Assembly (NCBI GenBank): GCA_033763455.1
Contig: JANRKO010000011.1
Location: 32,001-96,000, forward strand
From: Polyangiaceae bacterium
Lineage (GTDB): Bacteria > Myxococcota_A > Polyangia > Polyangiales > Polyangiaceae
Length of the DNA: 64,000 bases
Reading direction: 5' to 3'
The notes beneath the pieces were generated by a model, which was not told where the DNA came from, made no database searches, and saw only the letters and a list, made by a program, of their open reading frames with translations. Position numbers and translations under genes: made by a program. Below, piece after piece: positions 49,381 to 59,167 of the stretch. How positions within the stretch are numbered: position 1 is the stretch's first letter; every line of letters begins with the position of its first letter.

Positions 49381-50370
49381 ATGCCCATCACCAACGTAGT
49401 TAAAGATCCAAGTGCCCTCACCATGACCGTGACCGCTGAGTTTCCTGTGCCGGTGCGCCGCGTGTGGGATGCCTACGCTGATCCGCGCAAGCTGGAGCGT
49501 TTTTGGGGTCCGCCAACCTGGCCAGCTACCTTCACCCGCCACGACATGGCCGTGGGAGGGCGCTCCGAATACACCATGCGGGGCCCCGACGGCACAGCCT
49601 CCTCAGGCTATTGGGAATTTATCGGAGTGAATGCACCGCACAGCTTCGAGGTCAAAGACGGTTTTCTCAGGGCCGATGGCACACCGAATAACGAGCTCCC
49701 TAGCATGCGCATGGTCTTTCGCTTCGAAGAAACGGCAAAAGGCTCACGCGTTGTAACTACCACTTTCTTTCCGTCAGCCGAGGCGCTGCAACAGCTTCTT
49801 GACATGGGCATGGAGGAAGGCATGCGCCAGGCGATGGGTCAGATGGACTCCGTGCTCACCGATCTCGCATTGTTTGCGGCCGGAAGCGGAACCGAGGTGC
49901 AACAGCTCCCGGGCACTCAGGTACGCATCAGCCGCGTGATCCGCGGGAGCGTGGAGCAGGTGTGGCGTGCGCACCACGATCCGGATTTGCTCAAACGCTG
50001 GATGCTTGGCCCGGAAGGTTGGTTAATGCCGGTGTGCCAACCAGCGGCAAAGGTGGGCGACAGTTATCGCTACGAATGGGCGCCCGTTGCGGGAGGCCCA
50101 GCTGAAGGCCAGCCGGGTTTTGCATTCGAGGGTCAGCTCCTCGCATCAGAGCCCCCCTATCGCGCCGTAACCACCGAACGCATGGTGGGCATGCCTGGCC
50201 CAGGTGCTACCAATGAGCTAACGCTCACCGCGCTGCAAGAAGGCACGCTCATGTCATTGCTCATCACCTACCCAAGCGCCGAGCTGCGCGACATGGTGCT
50301 GGGCACCGGCATGGCCTCTGGCATGGAAGCAAGCTACGCGCGGCTGGAATCGATCCTGGGAGTGGGGTGA
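49381..50370 (+). CDS. Tandem SRPBCC/AHSA1-domain protein
   Basis: Two AHSA1 repeats (VWDAYADP..., VWRAHHDP...); AAGGA SD. Confidence 0.9.
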   Translation: MPITNVVKDPSALTMTVTAEFPVPVRRVWDAYADPRKLERFWGPPTWPATFTRHDMAVGGRSEYTMRGPDGTASSGYWEFIGVNAPHSFEVKDGFLRADGTPNNELPSMRMVFRFEETAKGSRVVTTTFFPSAEALQQLLDMGMEEGMRQAMGQMDSVLTDLALFAAGSGTEVQQLPGTQVRISRVIRGSVEQVWRAHHDPDLLKRWMLGPEGWLMPVCQPAAKVGDSYRYEWAPVAGGPAEGQPGFAFEGQLLASEPPYRAVTTERMVGMPGPGATNELTLTALQEGTLMSLLITYPSAELRDMVLGTGMASGMEASYARLESILGVG

Positions 50371-50410
50371 AGGGCAGCCAACGCTAGCTCAAGTATGCTA
50401 GGCTGGGCGG

Positions 50411-50596
50411 ATGCATTCAGGCGATGTCCATGGGCGAAAGCGGAGCAAAGTGGCTGCCGAGGGGCGCCGCGTGGAGCTTGAAGCGGTGCTAAAGATGACT
50501 CCGCTGGAGCGCGCCCAGCTAGCTTTGCGTCTCGGGCGTCGTGATCGCGCGGTCAGGGAGCTTGCCCTCGCGCGCGATCTCGGCGCGAGAAAATAG
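50411..50596 (+). CDS. Small helical protein, putative antitoxin/partner of the nucleotidyltransferase
   Basis: KMTPLERAQLALRLG; 2 bp before the NTase gene. Confidence 0.55.
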   Translation: MHSGDVHGRKRSKVAAEGRRVELEAVLKMTPLERAQLALRLGRRDRAVRELALARDLGARK

Positions 50597-50598
50597 GT

Positions 50599-51162
50599 AT
50601 GGACCGTACATTCGAATTGGCTGAGCGCGTTCGCTCTATCTTGGAACAGAAGGGGCACAGCTGCGCCGTGATCGGTGCCGTGGCGCTCGCAGCCTGGGGT
50701 TACCCGCGCAGCACGTTGGACATCGACCTAGCGGTGAACTTGGATCCGCGTGAACTCAGCGAAATCGGTAGAGCCATTGAGTTAACAGGCGACGGACTTA
50801 GAACTCGGCTCTTGCTTCCCGATGCGGAGGATCCGCTGGGTGGGACGCTAACAATTACCGGAGATGAGAGCGACCCGGTGCAGCTCGTGAATTTCTACAA
50901 TCCTCACCGCGGCCGAAATGTACTCGGGCGTTCGCTACTTCTTGCCGCCAAGCCCAAGATCATCGGGGAGCTCGCCGTCGTTGATCTGCCGCACCTAGTA
51001 GCCACCAAGCTCTACGCAGGTGACTTGGCCGACCGCGTGGATGTGCTTGAAGTGTTGCGGCGCAATCCAGAATGCAATCTTGAGGAAGTGGCCAACACCT
51101 GCACGCGCTTAGGGCTCGGTGAAGCTTGGAGCGCGATCGCCTCAGACCTGGGAGAACGCTGA
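50599..51162 (+). CDS. Nucleotidyltransferase (AbiEii/DUF6036-like)
   Basis: IGAVAL...RSTLDIDL; LVATKLYAG...D. Confidence 0.75.
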   Translation: MDRTFELAERVRSILEQKGHSCAVIGAVALAAWGYPRSTLDIDLAVNLDPRELSEIGRAIELTGDGLRTRLLLPDAEDPLGGTLTITGDESDPVQLVNFYNPHRGRNVLGRSLLLAAKPKIIGELAVVDLPHLVATKLYAGDLADRVDVLEVLRRNPECNLEEVANTCTRLGLGEAWSAIASDLGER

Positions 51163-51164
51163 TT

Positions 51165-51890
51165 CTATTCAGACGCGCCTGAGGCCGCTACGTCGAATTC
51201 GTGAAGCAGACCCACGAGGATGATGGCAGTTTGATTGCGCATGGAGATCGTGTCGGACATTACGCTGTCTCCGTTTGCACGGGCGGAGCCTGCGCGCGGA
51301 TAATGCAGCTCACCGCCTGTGAGATAGCGGAAGCCGAACGTCAGGAACGTGAGATGCTCTGGCCCATGTGAGCGGATCTGAATCTGCGCTCCGAGGCCGA
51401 ACCCGTAGCTGCGCAAATAGGACAACGACGTCTCGTGTGGTGGGATCGTCAATCGCCGGGCAGTGTCGTCCAGCATTTCGCGTTCAACCCCGATGTTAAC
51501 TCGGCTAACCCCCAGTAAGCCTTCTACGAACGGCCGAAGGCGAGAACTGAACGGCTGAAACCGAGCATGGAGATGGCTGTTGAGGGAGTAAGAATCCAGC
51601 GTGGTCCTGAGGGCGCCACTTGGAACATCTGCGATTCGCTCAATGAGAGTGCTTCCTTCGTAAAAATAGGACACAGACCCCAGAAAGGCGAGCGGCACGC
51701 CGGTAAACCGTGCTCCGAGGCCGACACCGAACCCAAGGCCAGGCCCCAACTGCAGCTGGGCTTGCTTGCCCGGGTGCCACGCAGCAAGCACATCGGCCTG
51801 CACGTCCGTCTTAACGTCTGCCGAGCTAACGCCACACCACAAGAAGGAACCACTTGCAGCCGCCGCTGCGAACCATCGTGAGGACCTCAT
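51165..51890 (-). CDS. Outer-membrane beta-barrel-like protein (paralog 1)
   Basis: Signal peptide; HLHARFQPF..LRPFVEG; alternating strands. Confidence 0.65.
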   Translation of the reverse strand: MRSSRWFAAAAASGSFLWCGVSSADVKTDVQADVLAAWHPGKQAQLQLGPGLGFGVGLGARFTGVPLAFLGSVSYFYEGSTLIERIADVPSGALRTTLDSYSLNSHLHARFQPFSSRLRPFVEGLLGVSRVNIGVEREMLDDTARRLTIPPHETSLSYLRSYGFGLGAQIQIRSHGPEHLTFLTFGFRYLTGGELHYPRAGSARANGDSVMSDTISMRNQTAIILVGLLHEFDVAASGASE

Positions 51891-51958
51891 GGACTTACGC
51901 ACCTTGCGCAGCTCAAACAGCGGGCGACAGGCGCCTTCTCGGATTAACACCATGATCT

Positions 51959-52669
51959 CTACATTTCCCCAAGGAATCCAAAGAGAATCGTGAAGGACTC
52001 ATAGCGGCTGGGCACAGTGTAGAACGTGAGAGCATTGCCGTTAACTCCGGCGGTGCCTTCCAGTGGGAAGCTCACCTCACCTCCCGAAAGTGAACGAAAC
52101 CCCAAGGTCAAGAAACTACGAGCGTAGACCTCATCTGGAGGCTGATTGAAGCCAATTTGGACCTGCACTCCCCCGCCAAATCCGTAGCTACCCAAATACG
52201 ATGCGTCGCTTTCATGGGTTGGGAGGATCAATTCCCCGCCGGAATTCTCTTCGATCTTCCGCTCGACTTCGATGCTAACCCGGCTTCCCCCCAGGGTGCC
52301 TTCGATGTACGGACGAATCCAAGAGTTGAACGGCTGAAAGCGGGCATGGAGATGAGCGTTGAAAAAGACCGTGCTGAAAGAAGTCGTGAGCCTCGCAGTT
52401 GGGATGTTGGCTATTCGCTCGCTAAACTCGCTGTCTTCGTAAACAATCGAGGACGCAGATAACCCCAAAACCAACGGAACCCCAACCAGGCGCACTCCCC
52501 CGTAAAGACCGCCACCGAAGCCCGGCCACGATCTATGCTGCGCCAGCTCGCCGGCAGGAAACTCGGCCATGGCATCCAATTGAACGTTCCCCCTAACCTC
52601 TGCCGAGCTAACCGCTGACCACGCGAAGACGATACATGCAACCGCCAATGCGAGTGTTGAGAACCTCAT
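51959..52669 (-). CDS. Outer-membrane beta-barrel-like protein (paralog 2)
   Basis: Signal peptide; HLHARFQPFNSWIRPYIEG; collinear with paralog 1. Confidence 0.65.
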   Translation of the reverse strand: MRFSTLALAVACIVFAWSAVSSAEVRGNVQLDAMAEFPAGELAQHRSWPGFGGGLYGGVRLVGVPLVLGLSASSIVYEDSEFSERIANIPTARLTTSFSTVFFNAHLHARFQPFNSWIRPYIEGTLGGSRVSIEVERKIEENSGGELILPTHESDASYLGSYGFGGGVQVQIGFNQPPDEVYARSFLTLGFRSLSGGEVSFPLEGTAGVNGNALTFYTVPSRYESFTILFGFLGEM

Positions 52670-52881
52670 GGGATGATGATGCCAGGCGCCCGGTGCCGCC
52701 TCATGCTCAAGTCGAGCTCGTACCATAAACTGCAGGCATTCCAAACCCAACCACCGCCGCTCGTGACCAACCCGGACATTGTACTCTGTTGGTCGATAAG
52801 TGCCAACGAGCACCAGTTTTCGCAGGGTTCAGGACACCGATCTCCAGCGCTCACATCCGCTCGCCGAACGCAAATCGCCTC

Positions 52882-53413
52882 CTACCTCGCCGGCAGCGCC
52901 GCCTCGTAAATTGCATCAACATCCAGATTCGCACCCACCGTTCAGCGCCACTTCGTGCGACCAAGCGTCACCGGTTCTGCGATACAACTCCATTTTCCGT
53001 TCAGTCTGCGAAACCAACAGGTATTCGCGCAAGGAAGGGATCGTGAAGTAGTGCTCGCGCTTCTCACCGCGATCGTAATCCTCTGTGCCCGGGCTCAACA
53101 CTTCGACAAGGAGAGTTGGATTGGTGGCGGTATTTCGACCGTCGGGATCAAACTCCATCGGCCCGCAAACGACTGAAACATCCGGGTAGGTGGCCAGGCC
53201 CGTCTCTAGCACCCGAACCCGCAGATCCGGGCTGTAAGCGCGGCACGGTTTGCCTTTCAGCTGGGCGTGGAGCTCTGCAGCAATTGCCAATGTATTAGCG
53301 GCATGCTCAGGCGTACCCCCTGCCATTCCGAAAATCTCGCCATTGAGGTATTCGTTCAAGAGATAGTCTTCATAGCTAGAGCGATGCCGGCGCATGGGAA
53401 GCGAGACCGTCAG
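52882..53413 (-). pseudogene. Uma2/DUF820 family endonuclease, degraded
   Basis: YPDVSV, LLVEVLSPGTEDYDRGEK...Y; shortened N-terminus; the expected C-terminus VGANLDVDAIYEAALPAR* lies in another frame. Confidence 0.75.
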
Positions 53414-53598
53414 TGTTCTTGTTTAGCGCATGTTGGCCCGTCTGGCCGTCCTCGACAGCCTTAGGCGAGGCAACCGCCTCAGACTTTCGAGGCTCGACGT
53501 CCTCATCGCATTGTTCTGCGAAGTCGAGGGGATGATTACCACGGGTTCCAGGGGGAAATTTGTCCTCGCGGCACGCCTCTTGCTCTACTTCTCAGGTG

Positions 53599-54312
53599 AT
53601 GCGTGGAGTGCTGCCGTGGATGTTGCTGGTAGCCGGTGTTATGCTGGTGAGCTCACGAGCCCATGCGCGCGGAGTAGACGCAAATGCTTATGGTTTTGCC
53701 GAGGTTCCTAAGGCCGCCACACCCGCGCCGCTCCGAAGCCTAATTCGAGTACGAAGTGGGATTGGGCTGCTCTACACGAACGCGGACTATGACATTTCCT
53801 TCATGCATAGCCCCACGAGTTACACCGTTGCCAAGTACGCGCAGCCGCGCACTGGCCTGGCCTACACGCTAGATCTTACCCTTGGGTTGGGCCTAGATCG
53901 CAGAGGGTTGGCGTGGTTGGGCGCCAGCTACAGGGGGCATTGGCGCCCATCCGTTCCAGACGTTTCCGTGGAACGCGCGATCGGACTGCACTCTAGGTTC
54001 ACGCTTGTTCAAGAAGCTTTAGTGATATCAGAGCTCAATATTCCCAAAATACAGTGGACGGTCGGCCCAAAGCTTGGAGTGGGCTTGCTCCGAGAATACC
54101 TAGGCCCTTACCGCGTCACCGCTAGCAACACGGCCTATGTATTGGGTGCGTCGCTCGCGAAAAAATTCCCACTCCGAGGCCCCTGGCATGCGAGCATTGC
54201 GCTAGATGCCACGGTGCATAACCTGAACCCGTACGTACTACTTGGGAGCCGCCTTGTAGAAGCTGGGACCGTCAGGCTCCTGTTTGGCATCGAGCGTCGC
54301 TCGGCCCAATAG
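53599..54312 (+). CDS. Putative outer-membrane beta-barrel protein
   Basis: Signal peptide AHA; amphipathic strands. Confidence 0.55.
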   Translation: MRGVLPWMLLVAGVMLVSSRAHARGVDANAYGFAEVPKAATPAPLRSLIRVRSGIGLLYTNADYDISFMHSPTSYTVAKYAQPRTGLAYTLDLTLGLGLDRRGLAWLGASYRGHWRPSVPDVSVERAIGLHSRFTLVQEALVISELNIPKIQWTVGPKLGVGLLREYLGPYRVTASNTAYVLGASLAKKFPLRGPWHASIALDATVHNLNPYVLLGSRLVEAGTVRLLFGIERRSAQ

Positions 54313-54738
54313 CATCAGGCGACGCCGCCCGAGCCGATACGATACAAACAACATCGGCAGCGCCAAAAGATCGGTAGGATCGGCCCATGTCCTATGGGGC
54401 GTTCCCAAACCCCAATCAAGCGCACGCACGTATGCCTCCGCCCCCCAGGCAGAAAGCTCGGTAACGCTGAAGATCATTCCCGTCAGCCCAACGCAAACCA
54501 AAAGCACCTTTCGAGACGGAACGTGAACGCCGAAAAGTACTTTCTGAACAACTTCTGCGCAACCTTGGAGCAAAAGCGGAAAGAACACAAGCCCCGCAAA
54601 ATCCGAAAGCTTTCCGGTAACCCAACTCGGTTGAATATGCTTGAAGATGTGATCGTTGATGAACAATATAGCCATCGAGGCGATCACCCACGGGTCCAGC
54701 AGCGCTCCGCCCGCAACGTTGGCGGCACGCCCGTTCAT
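54238..54738 (-). CDS. Conserved membrane protein (NDHxxK...TGKLSD...DPTDL type)
   Basis: INDHIFK, WVTGKLSDFAGL, ADPTDLLAL. Confidence 0.7.
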   Translation of the reverse strand: MNGRAANVAGGALLDPWVIASMAILFINDHIFKHIQPSWVTGKLSDFAGLVFFPLLLQGCAEVVQKVLFGVHVPSRKVLLVCVGLTGMIFSVTELSAWGAEAYVRALDWGLGTPHRTWADPTDLLALPMLFVSYRLGRRRLMLLGRATLDAKQEPDGPSFYKAAPK

Positions 54739-55199
54739 TCCTCGGCCTCGAACTTGAGATAAATGGGATCGCTGGGGTTGCAGCCAGCCTCCGCGGTTGC
54801 GAACGCTTTGAAGCTAACATCAGCCGTGGAGCTCAGCGTGCTCGCGACCACCGTAACCCGGGTACATCCCTGGCACAGCTCGCGGCGTGCGGGAAGCGAA
54901 CTGCCTGCCGTAAGAAGCAGGGCTCCTGAGTTTGTAGAGGAGAAGTCTGCATCTGCGGTCCACTCGATGCGGACCTCCGTTCCTTTGGGGGCCGCAACGT
55001 CGAACTCAACGCTGATCGTAGCCAACCCGTTCGACGTAACTCGGAAGGTTCGGGAAACTGACGACTGCGACGTCAATGTCAGAGTTTGGGCCGGGAGCTC
55101 GGCTGCCGCCTCCGCACTGAGGCAACTGGTTCCAAGCGAGGAGTAAGCGCCAAATGCGATCACCAGGCAGGCTAGCGTCTGGTAGGTTGCAGGTTTCAC
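54735..55199 (-). CDS. Small exported protein, possible lipoprotein
   Basis: Signal-like N-terminus with GTSC; 4-bp overlap with the downstream membrane gene. Confidence 0.6.
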   Translation of the reverse strand: MKPATYQTLACLVIAFGAYSSLGTSCLSAEAAAELPAQTLTLTSQSSVSRTFRVTSNGLATISVEFDVAAPKGTEVRIEWTADADFSSTNSGALLLTAGSSLPARRELCQGCTRVTVVASTLSSTADVSFKAFATAEAGCNPSDPIYLKFEAEE

Positions 55200-55211
55200 G
55201 CGCCGATGATG

Positions 55212-55228
55212 TGCAAGAGCTGTGCCCT
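55212..55228 (-). promoter_or_regulatory. Putative sigma54 promoter
   Basis: AGGGCACAGCTCTTGCA, GG-N10-GC with TTGC. Confidence 0.65.
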
Positions 55229-55254
55229 ATGGCAACAGTGGCTCCGCCCCACCC

Positions 55255-55995
55255 CTACTCCACCCTCTGCGGCTCCCCCTCCGGCAAAGCAGCTAAAAGC
55301 TCCGCAAGTGCCGCTTCCACGCCCTCGGCATCGTCTCCATCAAGCGTGACTTTCGTCTTGTACGTAGCATCGAACCATTTCGGGTAGGAGCCAATTTCGA
55401 CGGTAGGGTGGGCCGCTACTACGCTATCGAGAAGCGGCTTCAGTTTTACTTCATCGATCAGCGTATAAATCTGCCGCGTGATTATTGGCTTCGGGCCGCG
55501 CACGTGGCCGCGCACGACTGCGAGCTTCATGCGAAAAAGCTCTGGAACCCCTGGCAATATCCAAACGTTGCGCATCACGACGGTGGGCCAACGCACGCCT
55601 TCGATGGTCTTTAGCTCGGCACCTTCCGGCACTAGAGCCATACGCCGCGCGGCTTCCAGATCATTCGGGTATACCTGGGCCAGCATAGCTTCGAGCTCCG
55701 GGTGCACCGGCACACTCACCCCAAAGGCCACGCCAACGGCATCCAGCGTGAGATCATCGTGAGTGGGCCCCACGCCGCCGCTCGTGAATACAACGTCGAA
55801 CTGAGCGCTCTGGATCCGCACTTCTTCAGCTATCGTCTCAATGACATCGGGCACCACCACTACGCGTTCCAGGCGGATGCCGAGTGCGCGCAAAGTTCCG
55901 GCCAGAGCGAAGAGGTTGGCCTCACATACTTTTCCGTTCAGAAGTTCGTTGCCCACCAAGATCGCCGAAGCGCGCGTGGCAAGCTGGGCCTTCAT
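55255..55995 (-). CDS. CinA-like molybdopterin-binding (MocF) domain protein
   Basis: VGNELLNG...N, FTSGGVGPTHDDLT, ILPGVP, IGSYP; lacks the CinA C-terminal deamidase domain. Confidence 0.88.
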   Translation of the reverse strand: MKAQLATRASAILVGNELLNGKVCEANLFALAGTLRALGIRLERVVVVPDVIETIAEEVRIQSAQFDVVFTSGGVGPTHDDLTLDAVGVAFGVSVPVHPELEAMLAQVYPNDLEAARRMALVPEGAELKTIEGVRWPTVVMRNVWILPGVPELFRMKLAVVRGHVRGPKPIITRQIYTLIDEVKLKPLLDSVVAAHPTVEIGSYPKWFDATYKTKVTLDGDDAEGVEAALAELLAALPEGEPQRVE

Positions 55996-56297
55996 TCGTG
56001 ATCCAGCGTTTTTACGATGGGCTGACCTTGCTCATCGATAGACAGCAACTGTTCGACTCTCTTTTCTGCTAAATCGAGCCGAGCTTGCGAAGCGCGCGCC
56101 AAGCGTACGCCTTCTTCGAACAGCGCGAGCGATGCATCCAACGGCAACTCACCATCTTCGAGCTTATCGACAATCTCTGAAAGGCGCGCAATCGAGGCCT
56201 CAAAGGAACCCCCGGCTTCTGCTTGCTCCGCGTGGCCGCCTTCAGCGCTTGCTTTTGCGACAGCTTCTTCCTGCGACTGTTTAGTGCGTTTGCTCAT
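55992..56297 (-). CDS. xseB: Exodeoxyribonuclease VII small subunit
   Basis: SFEASIARLSEIVDKLEDGELPLDASLALFEEG...AEKRV. Confidence 0.95.
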   Translation of the reverse strand: MSKRTKQSQEEAVAKASAEGGHAEQAEAGGSFEASIARLSEIVDKLEDGELPLDASLALFEEGVRLARASQARLDLAEKRVEQLLSIDEQGQPIVKTLDHE

Positions 56298-58174
56298 GAG
56301 CCGTGGGTACCAAAAGACTTCGGGGGAAGGTGCTTGAATTTTGTTGGGGGCGCAAGGCGGAGCGAATAGGGCCCTGGAACTGCGTTCGGAACCACCACAA
56401 AGCCGTCTGCGTCAGGTATTACGGGCAAGACCAATCCGGGGGCAATACGCACGCCGATAGCGTCACCGGGCTTCACCCCCTCCGTAAAGATCCACAAGGG
56501 AAAACTCCCTCCGGTGCATGGCCGGGGCAGCGGGCCTTTGAGCGCCTGCTCCGCGATAGCCCGAACGCGAGCATCGGCATCGAGCGCGGCCACTTTTGAA
56601 AACCACGCAGGCGCCCACTCGGGGGAACCGAGGCCCATGCCGGTTACGATCGCCTGCCGGACGGTGGGGTCAACTTCGGAGGCGTAAGCCGCTGTGAGCC
56701 AAGCATAACGACTGGGCTCGTCGCTCTGAGCCAGGCCCAACAAAGCACTGGCGCGCACATCGGCATCGGCGCTGTGCAGTAGCTGCTCGAAGAGGGTTTG
56801 TTGGGGGTTGTAGCGGGCCCCCAACACGAGCGCTGCAAGTGGAGCACTACCGCTCGCTTCTAGGAGCTCTACAAGAGCATCCGTTGGGACCTTCGACCAA
56901 ACTTCGCGGTACTGCAAGCACGCTTGAAGGTGTGTGGGCAAGGACGCGGTGGCGGTAGCAAAGAACCCAGAAACCGCCTTCAAACAAGCGCTCCCCGTGG
57001 GAAATCCGTGCTTATCCTGCTCCGCAGGATCTGCCGACTGGATGAGGAGCGCTCTCTTCCACAAGCGTTGTTCCCAACCTTTCGTTGCAACTAAGCGAGC
57101 CTGCAGGGTGCGCTCGGCGGCAACATTGTGCGCCGTAGCTAGCGCGTAAGCCACAAGCGCGAGCTCTGTACGTCTCCGTGTTGACTTGAGGAGCCTATTA
57201 TTGGCCTCTTCAGAATTGAGGGAAGCGATCAAGCGGCGCACTCGCAGCGCTTGCGAAGGTGGAGCTTTCAACAGCAACTGAATGAGCAACGTTGCTAGGC
57301 GCGGAGATCGCGTGCGCTCCGCTAGCTCCAAGCCGAGCTCGACATCTTCTTCACGCCCGAGAAGTTCCTGAACGAGTGGTTCGGATTCGGCGGGTGCCAA
57401 ACGAGCAAGAATTTCGGCAGCCGCACTTCGCAACCTTGGGGCGGAGCTCCCTGCCCATTGTCGAGCCAAACCAAGCGGCTCCGCGCTACCGAGCTTAACC
57501 ATTGCCACCGCAGCTTCCGTGCTCACTTCCATGCGCGCCGTTTGCACGAGCGCACGCAGGACCGCAAGATCTCTGGAACTTCCGAGCTCGCCCACTAAAG
57601 CCACCGCAGCCGCAGGGGAGGTCTTGGATGTTAACATGTTGAGCGTGCGCGGCGGATGCGCCAAAAGAGCCGTGCGAGCGATGTCTGCTAGGGGGCCTTC
57701 ATGGCCCAACGCCGAGAGCAATAACCCGATCGCGCGTGAACTTCCCGAGTGGCTGAGCGCGAGAGCTGCGGACATTTGAACTTGGCGCAGTGAGGTGGAC
57801 TCGCCACCGGAAGCGTCTGAAAGTATGCGATACAAGAAGGCCGCAACCCTCGGCTCCGCCGCAAACGGTGCGAGCGAAAATACCAGAGCCCGCTTTTCTG
57901 GTGGCTCCAGTGATTCCACCTTATCCACCATTGTGAGCAGCCGTTCACGCACCTCGGGTAGTAGGGGTAGGCCCAAACGCTCAAAGCCGCGGCGCCGCTC
58001 TCCACTTTCCGATGAACGCAGAAGCTTGGCAATCGCAGCTTCGCCGAAACGCTCTTGTATCGGGAGCGATTCGGCCTCTGCAGGCATAGCAGCCGAAAGC
58101 ACACAAACGCTCAAGCACCAGGCGCTCACGCGCAGAGTTAGCCAGCGCTGTCGAAGCCTTCGACGTTCACTCAT
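56294..58174 (-). CDS. Exported HEAT-repeat protein
   Basis: Signal peptide; repeated D..VR..A..AL HEAT units; start ATG 58174. Confidence 0.75.
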   Translation of the reverse strand: MSERRRLRQRWLTLRVSAWCLSVCVLSAAMPAEAESLPIQERFGEAAIAKLLRSSESGERRRGFERLGLPLLPEVRERLLTMVDKVESLEPPEKRALVFSLAPFAAEPRVAAFLYRILSDASGGESTSLRQVQMSAALALSHSGSSRAIGLLLSALGHEGPLADIARTALLAHPPRTLNMLTSKTSPAAAVALVGELGSSRDLAVLRALVQTARMEVSTEAAVAMVKLGSAEPLGLARQWAGSSAPRLRSAAAEILARLAPAESEPLVQELLGREEDVELGLELAERTRSPRLATLLIQLLLKAPPSQALRVRRLIASLNSEEANNRLLKSTRRRTELALVAYALATAHNVAAERTLQARLVATKGWEQRLWKRALLIQSADPAEQDKHGFPTGSACLKAVSGFFATATASLPTHLQACLQYREVWSKVPTDALVELLEASGSAPLAALVLGARYNPQQTLFEQLLHSADADVRASALLGLAQSDEPSRYAWLTAAYASEVDPTVRQAIVTGMGLGSPEWAPAWFSKVAALDADARVRAIAEQALKGPLPRPCTGGSFPLWIFTEGVKPGDAIGVRIAPGLVLPVIPDADGFVVVPNAVPGPYSLRLAPPTKFKHLPPKSFGTHGS

Positions 58175-59078
58175 CGTTCGTCCAACCCAGGCCAAAAAAC
58201 GCGCGCATTTGGGGATTTCCTGGGCGAGAACCAAGCGGCAATTGGCACCCGGCGTTGACGGAAAGCGAGCCCATGCGGCGGCTAACACCGAGCCCAATGA
58301 GCGCGCCGTTAGCTCCTGAAGAAGCGAGCCCCGAAAGGCCGGACGCGCCTGAGAATTCGAGCCCAATACGCGTCCCACCAGATTGATCCCAGCCAAGGAG
58401 AATGGGGCGAAATTGCAAACCCAGGTTCCAGCGCAGTTCGTTGCCATAGCGCACCTGGAGCAATGTGGGCTCTGTCCCACGCAGGCGCACGCCCGCTCCG
58501 GCTCGCACTTCAAACACCATCAAATGGAGGGCGGACAGCAACCCCAGCTCCCCCTCGGGTGCTCCGCTCGATAAAAACGCTGCTTTAGAACCGGTGGGCA
58601 AGGCAACAATCCCACGCGACCCGAGCGTGAACCCCCCGACGTCACCAGGCTTGAGCCACGTTGTCTTGTAACCGAGTTCCAAGTTTCCGGTTGCGGTACT
58701 GGGTAGCTTCGGGCGATCGATGACCTCAGAAAGATCGTGTCCTGATTCGTTTAAAATGAAAGGCAGCGCCACCGAGAGCTCTAGGCGATTCAAGACGCCG
58801 AGCGCTAGCGCGTAATCCGTGAACACGCGGTCGGCGATGAGAGCAAACTCCTCGCCCCGAGCAACGTTATGAAGCACGAGAGGCTTTCTGGCATAACCCA
58901 TCCAAACGTTGGCCCGCAGGGCGCCGGGGGCAAGCGCCTCGGGTGAAAGTGACTGCACAAGCCCATCGCTCGCCGGAGGCAATGGAGCCTGCCCCAGATT
59001 GATGGCATCGCGATCGGCGTGGGCACGCCCGGAACCGAGCAGAAGCCCGAGGCTCAGAAGGACAGCAATCCGGCGCAT
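58167..59078 (-). CDS. Putative outer-membrane beta-barrel protein
   Basis: Signal peptide AHA; GYARKPL, LELSVALP, ALPTG; ends FFGLGW. Confidence 0.6.
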   Translation of the reverse strand: MRRIAVLLSLGLLLGSGRAHADRDAINLGQAPLPPASDGLVQSLSPEALAPGALRANVWMGYARKPLVLHNVARGEEFALIADRVFTDYALALGVLNRLELSVALPFILNESGHDLSEVIDRPKLPSTATGNLELGYKTTWLKPGDVGGFTLGSRGIVALPTGSKAAFLSSGAPEGELGLLSALHLMVFEVRAGAGVRLRGTEPTLLQVRYGNELRWNLGLQFRPILLGWDQSGGTRIGLEFSGASGLSGLASSGANGALIGLGVSRRMGSLSVNAGCQLPLGSRPGNPQMRAFFGLGWTNDE

Positions 59079-59167
59079 GGGGTCGGGGCCAGACTACCCG
59101 GGCTCGGCCCAAGCTTGCAAAACTTGCCCCGAGGCCCCGATCAGCGTAACCGCTTCAGCAAGAACCC

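Noticed and set aside
55255..55995. cinA-like gene as evidence for competence
   Set aside because: The MocF-only form is a nucleotide-cofactor pyrophosphatase-type housekeeping protein, here coupled to xseB; the name alone is not evidence
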